Made by a program: the position numbers and the translations under genes
Origin: Kipferlia bialata
Taxonomy: Eukaryota
NCBI GenBank assembly: GCA_003568945.1
Contig: BDIP01000001.1
Location: forward strand, 1 to 35,340
Length of the DNA: 35,340 nt
Direction of reading: 5' to 3'
Shown: positions 11,746-21,576 of the stretch, piece by piece
How the letters are laid out: the number at the start of each line of letters is the position of its first letter
How positions within the stretch are numbered: position 1 is the stretch's first letter
Notes under the pieces: generated by a model
The model's database searches: none
Seen by the model: the letters and a program-made list of their open reading frames with translations, nothing else
Told to the model about the DNA's origin: nothing

Positions 11746-13778
11746 TCACTGAGTGCACTGGCTGCGGGGTATGTACTTGGGGGGGTTGGTCACAGACCGG
11801 CCATCCCTAGGGTTGATACGCATATAACTATCAATCTATATATATGATGTTAATATATAATGCCCCACCTTGTGTTTAGTATGCAGTCCAGACAGAATGG
11901 CTCCTCTGAGGATAAGGACACAGACACGCAGGTGGGGGGTCTCTGGCTGCCCTTCTTGGAAGCCCCCTTGCCCCCCTTGCCCTTGCCACTCTTGCCACTG
12001 ATGAGGTCTAGCACCCTGCTCTGGGCCCTGGCCACACTCAGCCTAGGGTAAGGAAGAGAGAGAGAGAGGGAGAGAAAGAGAGAGAGTCCCCACACTGCTC
12101 TGGGCCCTGGCCACGCTCAGTCTAGTGTGAGAACGACTTACATACACAGACACATACATATATATGGAGAGAGAGATACCTTGCTGCGAGTAGGAGCGAT
12201 GGCCCAGCCGCACACCCCGCCTTGTCCTCCTCCTCACTCCTAGCACTCCTGACGGGTATCCTGCCCCTGCCTGTCTCTGTGTCTAGGCGTCTGGCAGCGG
12301 CACAGTCCTCTGGGTATCAGATAGATACTCTATCTACAGATATATAAATGCCACTCACTCTTTGTGGGCCTAGACGCAGCTATTAGCCACGTCGGGGGTG
12401 CCACCACGGTGGGGTCAAAGGTGTTCTCTGCCCCCCCTCCCCTGCCGACCCTTCCATCGTAGTCATGCACCGTATCAGGAACGGCAGAGGGTGCGACAGG
12501 GAGCTGGCCCCTAGAGTGAGGAGGGAGAGGGATATGTAAAGGGAGAGAGAGTGGAGACTATACCTCCCGACCCTGATGAGGTCATTGAGGTCCCTTGTGA
12601 ACTGCTCCACCACTGTCCTGGGCTTGGGGACACTGCCCTTCTTGATGCCCTGCCTGGTGTTCCACACAACCTGGGGGTCAATAGATATGGAGGGTACTTT
12701 TAGTACAACAACATTACACAAACTGGGACACAAGCACAACTTGCATGTAATTGCTATATACACAAGACACACCTTGGGAGTGGGCACCCATGCAGCATTG
12801 GCAGCCACAGAAAGGTCTCCGTTATTGACCTGGGGATCAGATGGAGACAATAGGAGCAAGAGTCACTAGGAAACCATCCCTCACCTCGAGTGCCCTCTCC
12901 CTCAGGTCCATGCATATCTCTGGGTTCTTCTTGCCCTGGCCTATCAGCCAGCACACCCTGTCCCTCACCTCGGGCAGCATCGACAGACGGGCCTGCGGTC
13001 AGGGTCACATACACACTCAGACACATACACTGTCCGCACATTATTATCAATGGGAAGCGTTGGTACACGTACCACATCATCTGCGCTGCCCAGCCTGTGG
13101 TTGGTGTGTGCCGAGCACATGCTGCCAATGACCCACTGGTGGGGGGGGACACCGTCCAGGCGTCTCTCCACCATGATGGAGTGGCAGCAGCCCACAGCAG
13201 TGTACCCAGAGTGGCCAGTGTGGTGGCCTGAAGAGTGAGAACAGAGACCAGTATCGGGAGAGTGGTAAGCATGGCTGACCCATTGTCACAATATGAATAC
13301 TGGCCTCACCTTCAGGAACTGCCTTCAGCTCTTGAGAGCTCTCAGCTGTGAGGGCAGCAGTAAGAGAGCCAGCATTGAAGGATGCCCCAGCGTTCTTGCC
13401 TCCTGACAGGTCAGATACGGAGGATAGAGAGAGAGGGACTGCAGAGAGCTGAACCAGAGATGCTATACGGACAATGATGAACACATGGTCCCCACCTGCT
13501 TTAGCAGTGATGCGGGGTACTCCAGACCTGAAGCAGTTCAGAATGATCTTCTGGTCCTTCTTCCGCTGAGTGCGAGCTATTCCCCTCCGGATGGTGTACT
13601 GAACATTGTATTGCTTCTTCACACTGACGAGCCAATCATGGAGAGCAAGGTATGGGTTCGCCGCGTCATATGGAAGCGTAATTGGGAAGGACGGCCCGTC
13701 CTCACACACCATCCCATTCTGAGGCACCATCCTTAGCCTATAAGGACGTCTGTCTATCTCACGGCCATAGGGTCCCAT
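11746..13778 (-). CDS. FAR1/AFT-like (WRKY-GCM1 superfamily, Mutator-transposase-type) zinc-finger DNA-binding protein, about 10 exons
   Basis: Spliced: ..KQYNVQYTIRRG...KIILNCFRSG...GYTAVGCCHSIMVERR....QWVIGSMCSAHTNHRLG..ARLSMLPEVRDRVCWLIGQG, i.e. the C.R.G / GC / W / HxxH pattern followed by the helical segment seen in MULE proteins. No DDE core seen. The 3' end is uncertain (TGA 11746-11748, or a further exon to about 11560). Confidence 0.65.
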
Positions 13779-13873
13779 TTTCGGTCAAATACGAAAGATT
13801 TTCGACGGAAAATCTGAGATGGTCTCAAGTTCTCGTGGCCCAGGAGAGACTAACCTCTTCAAAGCACGACAAC

Positions 13874-14672
13874 ATGGGCTGCGGATCTTCTACCCCTACC
13901 ATCGACGCCCTTCTCCCCAAGTCCACCAACCAGTACGTGTGGTTATATATTATAGGGATCAGGCCCAGTTACAGGAGGAGACACTCAGTGTACTGTATGT
14001 ACTGTATTTTCTCACACTCAGGGTAGTGCTCTTCAATGGAGAGGAGGAGACTCTGGCCATCCTGAGGACTGCAGTCGCTACCCGTACGTGCTATATGTGA
14101 TATATTTACGGTTTAGTGGCTGTGTGTGCGATGTTTATATATAGATCTGTTGATGCTCACCCTCAGGCACTGATATGGCCATCACTGAGCTGGTTGAGGT
14201 TGGAGAAGGAATCACCCCTGTTACCGACACAATGGGTATCCCTACCGCCGTCATTGGTCAGGAGGCCCGTGTTATTGTTCCCTGCCCACCAGGCACTGCT
14301 GCCCCCGCCACTGGAGAGTGGGTGGTTGTCAGTGGCACTGCCGGCAGTGAGGCCGACATCTTTGTCTCCCTCAAGGACTTCATCGTGCCAGAGGTTGTGG
14401 ACAAGGTAGAGGATATCGTTGCCCCCACTGAGGAGGCTGCCCCCGCTGAGGAGGTTGCTGAGCCTGTTGTGGAGCCTGTCGCTGAGGAGGCTCCAGTTGA
14501 GGAGGCTCCAGTTGTGGAGGCCCCTGTTGAGGAGGTTGCTGAGGAGGCCCCAGTGGAGGAGGCCGTTGAGGAGGCCCCTGTGGAGGAGGCCCCTGTAGAG
14601 GAGGCTGCTGAGGAGGCTGCTGAGGAGGCCGTTGAGGAGGAGGCTGAGGCTGTTGAGGAGGCCGCCGAGTAG
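13874..14672 (+). CDS. Small protein with MGCGSS N-terminus (predicted myristoylation and palmitoylation) and acidic EEAPV-repeat tail, 3 exons
   Basis: ATG 13874 MGCGSS; introns 13933-14021 and about 14084-14166 restore the frame into ORF 14175-14672. E/A/P/V repeats at about 14430-14669. Confidence 0.8.
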
Positions 14673-15371
14673 AGCCTAGTCCTAAGTATATAGTATTAGC
14701 TTATGAGCCGCTTGCTCATTCTACCATGGTGTTTTCGGATACCACAATGTAACAATAGAGGATCCCCTTGATTCTGTCTTTAATAAACGGAAGAGCTCCA
14801 AGCTCGGACTCGGGCCAAGACCCATTTCAACCATCCTAAAGAATGACTGGTCCATAGTCTCACTGCTCACCACACCTTCCAGGTATCACGGCTTTCTTTG
14901 AGGCTGAGAAACCCGTGCAAAAGAACAGCACCGGAACATCAGTATCAGTAGTAACCGCATCAGACCTAAATCCTAGCGCACCCCAGTGTGGCAGCAGCCT
15001 CTTCGAAGAGGGTGTCAATGGACTGAACCCTCGAAATTGATCTGACTGATCTTGTTTTTGCATGATAGCCTTGAAGGGGTCAAACATAGGGAGGCAGGCC
15101 ATCCTAAACAATGGAGCTTCCACAATCTGTCACACAGGAGTGCTTCTATCACTGGATCCCCGTGAGCGACGACCACAGTAACCTGTAGCCATGGCAAGTC
15201 TGAGAGTATTTCAAAAACATTGTTTTTGAGCTCTTCTATTTGGGAATTGCAAATGAACCGATGGGAAAAACAATGTTTTCTGGTTGACGAGCAAGGGTTT
15301 TTGCTAGAGTGAACAGAGCGAGCACCGGAGCCAGCCCCAGTGGCAGTGTTGGTTTTCTTGCGGAAACACAG

Positions 15372-15516
15372 GTACTATCACTATATGAGTCAGTGGGGAG
15401 GTGTTATAGTTATATAGAGTGGGTGTGTGGAGGTATGGTAGGGTTTTCTTGGTGTTTGGTTGGTTTTGGGTGGGTGTGGGGAGGGATGTGGTGTGGTGTT
15501 GCTGTTTTGACCCCAG
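15372..15516 (+). other. 5'-UTR intron of RPL9, ending 1 nt before the ATG
   Basis: CAG|GTACTA donor at 15372; TTTTGACCCCAG acceptor matching the local consensus ends at 15516; ATG at 15518. Confidence 0.7.
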
Positions 15517-15517
15517 A

Positions 15518-16078
15518 ATGCCCCTTTGCGCCACCGTCAAGACTGAGATCCCCGAGGGAGTGACCGTTGAGGTCAACAAGCGCCTTGTGCGTGTCACCGG
15601 ACCCCGCGGAGTCGTGGAGCGTAACTTCAAGCACACCTCCCTGGAGATGACCCTTGAGGGAAACACCGTCTCCGTCAGCTCCTGGTTCTCCAGGAAGAGA
15701 GACGCTGCTCTCTGCCGCACCATCATCTCTCACATCGAGAACATGGTCACTGGAGTCACCAAGGGATTCCGTTACAAGATGAGGCTTGTGTACGCTCACT
15801 TCCCCATCACTGCCAACGTCTGTGACGCCGGTGCCCGTATCGAGCTCCGTAACTTCTATCACGAGACCAAGATCAGGTCCGTGCCCATGCTCCCCGGTGT
15901 GACCATCTCCATCTCCACCACCCCCAAGGATGAGCTTGTGCTCGAGGGAAACGACATCGAGAACGTGTCCCTGTCCGCCGCTCTCATCAACCAGTCCATG
16001 AAGTGTGCCAACAAGGATGGACGTAAGTTCCTTGACGGTGCCTACGTTTCCTTCCGCGGAACCATGGACCAGCTCTAA
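15518..16078 (+). CDS. RPL9: 60S ribosomal protein L9 (uL6), intronless CDS
   Basis: IPEGVTVEVNKRLVRVTGPRG, GVTKGFRYKMRLVYAHFPI, KDELVLEGNDIENVS, NKDGRKFLDGAYV are diagnostic of eukaryotic uL6. Highly biased codon usage. Confidence 0.97.
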   Translation: MPLCATVKTEIPEGVTVEVNKRLVRVTGPRGVVERNFKHTSLEMTLEGNTVSVSSWFSRKRDAALCRTIISHIENMVTGVTKGFRYKMRLVYAHFPITANVCDAGARIELRNFYHETKIRSVPMLPGVTISISTTPKDELVLEGNDIENVSLSAALINQSMKCANKDGRKFLDGAYVSFRGTMDQL

Positions 16079-16465
16079 GTCGCAACGCAGTAAATGCAGT
16101 CTTTGAGTTGTTTGTGTTATTGTTTTGAAGAGACTCTCTGGTTTGAGTTCAGTAAGGGAAAGGTGTTGTGGCCTCACAGTCATCTCCCACATTATTTGCT
16201 TTAAAGGCATGGTGTCATATGGCTCTCCGACCTGGGCGGAGTTTAGATACTATGGATATTGATGATGTGAAGGATACCCAATACTGAGTAAACAACTCTA
16301 CTATCGTCAGAACAGGTGATCAGGATGTGTAGAGGTCAGTGATGTATAGGGGATTGTAGCAAAGAGAATACTCTGAGGAACACGGAAGCAATCAATAGAG
16401 TGGAGAAGACAATCCAGAACAGTGCTGAAACACACATAGGCCAGTAGGGCTAAAATACACACAAT

Positions 16466-17141
16466 TTACTTGTTCAGCTCCTCATATATCTCACCAATTT
16501 CCATCATATGGGTCTGTACCATCCCTGCCAGGTTCTCCAGCTCAGCCAGACGCATGGCAGAGGGGTCATCGGCCAGGGCCATCAGCCTGTGCAGAGTCTT
16601 CTGGTAGTTCTTCTGGTCCGACCGCTTGCTGTACACACTCTCCATCAACACGTCTGGAAGCACAGTCTTGGGGATCATCGGTGGCTGGGGGGTCATCTTC
16701 ACACTCCGAGGCTTCTTCCTCACTGACCTCAGACGGTCACCACCCACTCCAGGTGTGTGCTCTGGCTCTACCTTCTGGATGTATCCCACTGCAGGGAACT
16801 CTGCGTCATTGTGGTACAGAAGAGACATCCGTCCAAGCTCATGCAGTCTCTGGTTGCCAAAGGCAGCTGCAATCTCATCAGCAAACCTGTCCTCGGGAAT
16901 ACTAAGGAGGCGAGCAATCTCTGGTAGCTTCTCCATCTTCGCCAGCATCTGGTGGGAGTTCGCCCTGAAGGCCCTCACAACTGCTGAGAACGCAGAAGCC
17001 TCTAAGAGTGAGGGAAGGAGTGAAAACAGGAATTGGAAACACATGTCAGGTCGCAAACTGAGTCTCAAGGCCTCCCAACGTACCAAACTCCCGAATCTCC
17101 CTCATTGCTTCATCTGCAACGGGATCATTGCGCGGCGCCAT
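16466..17141 (-). CDS. ENT (EMSY N-terminal) domain protein, 2 exons (intron 17002-17083)
   Basis: MAPRNDPVADEAMREIREF|EASAFSAVVRAFRANSHQMLAKMEKLPEIARLLSIPEDRFADEIAAA matches the ENT consensus (i+.lE.eAYssVlrAFrAqs...K..lL.eLr..L.Is.e.h..ei). Confidence 0.8.
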
Positions 17142-17408
17142 GCACTGATTGAGCTAGAGCCCTCTCTCCCTTCTTAGGTCTAGGTGGAAAGGCTACCTCA
17201 AAGAGGCAAAAACACAGCATACCTTAAGGGTGCAGTTTCTCAACAAAATGCCACACCCTCAATGTCAGTCTGACTGCCATATACTGGCAAAGAACACGGC
17301 TGTTCCACCTCTCAGAGCTCTCTAGCAAAACCCTGTATACCTAGTTGGGGTAGAAGACCACAATTTGGAGCACCTTGAAGAGTTTTGGGTGCTTTACGTC
17401 CATCTGAG

Positions 17409-19847
17409 ATGTATCCCCAGTATGGTTCGTCCTATGATCCGTCATTACCTAGTTATATGGCCCCTGTACCGGACACACAGCCTACTAGCAACATCCTGTA
17501 CCGAGATGACCCAATGCCGTACAGTTCTGCGTACAATCCGTTCGGATCCGTGCCGGCTGATCCCTACCTGCAGCCTATTCAGCTGAGTGACTCCCCCCCT
17601 GAGCCCTATCTCCCCTATCTCCCACCCCCTGTGTCTACTGGTGTGCCAATTCCACCTTCTGGACCCATTCCCCAGTACTCCCCCCCCGCAGCCCCTCCCG
17701 CTTTCCCCCTCTCCCCCATTGAACTGCCCCAGGGCTCCCTCCCCACCTCGGCCCCCTTTGCTTCCCGGGCCTCCTTCGGGGGGTACCAGCCAGGCTACCC
17801 CGTGAACCCAGCAGGGTTCAGGTACTCTGGTCCCCGGCTGGACCCCCTTGGGATTGAGGCCCCAGCCCCTGCCCCTGCCTACACCCAGCCCCAGTTCATG
17901 TCCCGGTACAGCCCCCATACCCAGGGCACCACGGGGGGCATCAAGCCGCTGGCCAACACATTCAACCCCCGCGCACCCCCTCCCACATTCCCCCAGCCCC
18001 AGCCAGGGGCACAGTTCCCAGCGCATGTGTCGTATGGGTCCAGGGTGGAGGTATGCCTCACCATATATGAATTGTATTGTACTCTCTCTCTCCCTCTCTC
18101 TCTATGTGTATGCTTAGTGTTTGTGGGTGCCCCAATATCTACTATAATAATAACCCCAGGGTGTTGTGGGCCAGGCTCCATGTATATCTGTGTCTTCATA
18201 TATATATATATATGTATATATATGTACACTACCCTGTTGTATATATATCCATAACCCCAGGGCGTTGTGGGCCATGGCTCCATCGGGTCCCGGTTCCTCA
18301 TTCCCAACTCAGAGGGACTCAGGGGCAGGAAGCAGGGCAGGGACATTGGGGACTACAACCCAGAGGTATATATACACATATATATATAGTCATATCATTT
18401 ATATATACACGCATATATATAGGGCAGGAGGCAGGGCAGGGACATCGGGGACTACAACCCAGAGGTAAGAAGTACATATATATACACACATATATACATC
18501 ATGTATCCTTGTCTTGTATAGGACTGGAAGCAGGCCTTTGCCTAGCTGGTGGATCACCCTTACTCTCCCCCCCTCCCTCCCTCTACTCCAAGTATATTTG
18601 TTATCCTCGCTAAATCAGGCCCGTGCCCAGCTCCTGGCTCCCTCCCTCCATTCCACCTATATTTGTAATTGGTTTATCTATAATAATAATCCTCTCTGTA
18701 ATCCCATCTATAATCGTATCTGACTCAGGCCCGTGCTCAGCTCCTGTCCGACTTCTATGCACACAGGACACACCGCATACACACCAGGGAGATCAAGTGA
18801 GTGCGCCTTACTCTTATTGGTGCTCATATACCTGAGTTATTCTCAGTATATTTGTATTCGTCCCTCTGTGTACTCTCTGTGTGTCTTACCTCATATACAC
18901 AGTCCCTCTCTCACTGCCAGGTATGCTGTGAGGCAGAAGCTGGCTAGCAGTGACACTATCACTATCATATCATACACGTTCTATTTCTATAGTCCTACAT
19001 GTCATATCATATCATATCTCTCACTGCCAGGTATGCTGTGAGGCAGAAGCTGGCAAACTCGAGGGTCAGAGTGAAGGGAAGGTATGGGTATCACTCTCAT
19101 AAGTGAATATGCATATAGTATGTGGGTGTGTATGCATTTCCTGACCCCCAGGTTTGTGCGTAAGGGTGAGGAGGCCGAGGTCAAGGCCGAGAGGGAGAGA
19201 GAGAACCAGCCTGTCAAGCCAGAGCCCCAGCAGAGGCACACCAACCCGCCCACTCAGGTATAGTCCCCCTACACACCATCCTATAGCTCTATATGCATTG
19301 GTATATATGTATCTGACGTGTCAGGACGCCAAGCGCTCCCACCGTGAGTACGAGCCCCCATCGGCCTCTCAGTCCCCCACTGGCTCTGAGAGCACACAGG
19401 GGGAGAGAGAGGGAGGGGACGGGGCAGGCCAGGTGGATCTGGAGGATCAGCTCAACATCGTCAGCGTCATACCAAGGTATGTATATCACTTAGACATCCG
19501 TGTGTCAATATATGTGCTACTCGCTAACTATTCCAACTCTGACCCCCTAGGAATGTGCCCACCAAGGCCTCCCTCTCTGCCTCCTTCATGCGCCTGTCCA
19601 TCAGTCTCTCATCGCTACCATTCACAGGCGCCAAGAGGGGACTGGCAGAGCGCTCAGTCTCTCAGGTAGTATATATCCACAGTGACCATATCCCCAGTCA
19701 CCATACTGTTTATGAGTGTATCTATTGTGTGTGACTGACCCCCAGGTTGCAGTTGGCCCCCAGTCTGCCACTCCCTCCCTCTCTGACGTCGACTCCATGA
19801 CAGTGCCCTTCGAGACAATAGCAGACGTCGTCATCGAGGATGACTAG
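17409..19847 (+). CDS. CCT-motif protein (CONSTANS/CO-like/TOC1 domain) with Pro-rich N-terminus, about 8 exons
   Basis: Spliced IGDYNPE|ARAQLLSDFYAHRTHRIHTREIK|YAVRQKLANSRVRVKGR|FVRK matches CCT (iG.YspeeR...i.ry..KR..R.f.+.IkY..Rk.lAdsRpRv+GRF). TAG 19845-19847. Confidence 0.85.
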
Positions 19848-20172
19848 ACCTATGGTAAACAGATTGTCCGAAGTCGAGGCTCCTGCATTCATTGCAGGCT
19901 ATGTCTCAAACGGTGTGTATTGATGAACAGTGTCCTTTATTTCCCTTTTGTGGTTTTCTCTCTGCGTTTGTGTCAGAGGGTGTTTCGGTTAGTTTCTGTG
20001 ATGGAATAGATTTCTTTTGTGAGGGCAAGTGGTGACTGATGTGATAGATCTATTGAGGATCATCAAGTGGACGAATTGGAAGAAATCGTAAAAGGGTGCA
20101 GCCCCAAAACCAATCAATGTGTTTGATTGGAAATGGTATCGGTCTCCTTTCCTGCGTCTGCTCTCTACTGTG

Positions 20173-20566
20173 ATGGGACTTCGCTCGTTTCTGAGTCGCA
20201 GGCGGGCCAGCAAGGTCCAGAAGAGCCTGCGGTCACCCGCGGCCCTTGCCATACGGGGTGTAGATGAGGTTATGTCTGGGCAGGTACTGACGGGTGGCAT
20301 TGGTCGTACACACACAGTGTGTGTGTCCCCAACTGTAGAGGGGGAGAGCGAGCATGCACAGACCCCGCCCCTGGATGCCGAGGAGGAGATGGACGTGTTC
20401 ACACTGGAGGGCACCGAGGGAGGGCCAGTGGGTAGGCCAAGTGCCGGAGAGAGAGAGAGAGAGACAGACTCAGCAGAGGTGACAGAGGCCGATGGTTCAG
20501 GTGGGGTAACTGGTGTATGTAGCAATATCCTTATTCCTTTATGTATTGTTGGTGTTCTATCATTAA

Positions 20567-20614
<48 letters not shown>

Positions 20615-20615
20615 T

Positions 20616-20648
<33 letters not shown>

Positions 20649-21539
20649 TCCACTGTTTCATTATCTGAACCCACCCACCAGGCCAATGGCAATAGTCTCT
20701 GTCTTCCCTTGTAAATATGGGTGTCTATGTATCTGGTCTCACTGTGTATTTCCTCTCTCTCTCTCCCTCTCTTCATACAGACTCTCACCACTTTCCTGAA
20801 TTACCCTGTCTCTGGCTCTCTCTCTCTCTCTCTCTCCCCCTCTCCCTCCATCTCTATATACTCACACCAGTGACATTAATACCCTACCCTTATCATGTCC
20901 TCCCTTCCTCTCTCTCTCTATCCCTCTCTTCGATCAAGACTCACTGCCTAGACGTGATGTCCCTAGCTCTCTCTCTCTCTCCCTCCCTCCCTAACCCCAG
21001 TGGCATAGACACCATGTCCCCTGTGCCTGGTCCCTCTCTCTCTCTCTCTGTAATATATAGATACACATTTCTTATCTCAGTGGCATTGACACCATGTCCC
21101 CCGTGCCTTATCCCCCCTCCCCTCCCTATATATATGTATACTATATACTCTATACTAGGATATACACATATATTCTTATCTCAGTGGCATAGACACCATG
21201 TCCCCTGTGCCTGGCCCCTCCTCCCCTCCCAGACACAGGGTGGTATTAGTGTCCAATGAGACACTGGTACCCACAGCAGAGAGGAGGTATGCTCTGTCTG
21301 TCTGTGTCTGATTATTATCTATTACCTCTACTCCCGATGTGATGTATGTATCTCTTCACAATCCTGATTCTCGGGAGTGACTATGTTCTCCTTTCTTAAC
21401 CCTCTATGCACATTGCCGACCTGTTGGTAACAACGCTGATAAGCAGCTTCCTCTCTCTCGCTCTACATGTGCATAGTATAATGTCTGACCCGAGTCGTCC
21501 TGTTGACAATAACAATGCTGACAAGGCCATCAAGGCCCT

Positions 21540-21576
<37 letters not shown>

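Noticed and set aside
11746..13778. Active Mutator transposon
   Set aside because: No DDE catalytic domain, TIRs or target-site duplication visible; many introns and a shared promoter with the neighbouring gene.
15410..16210. 266-aa minus-strand ORF
   Set aside because: Antisense shadow of the codon-biased RPL9 CDS. The same applies to 3096-3752, 3764-4318, 10719-11270, 16626-17177 and 17445-18026.
20531..20791. Poly-Pro/poly-Gly ORFs (also 2863-3161 and 31185-31473)
   Set aside because: Translations of homopolymer tracts, not proteins.
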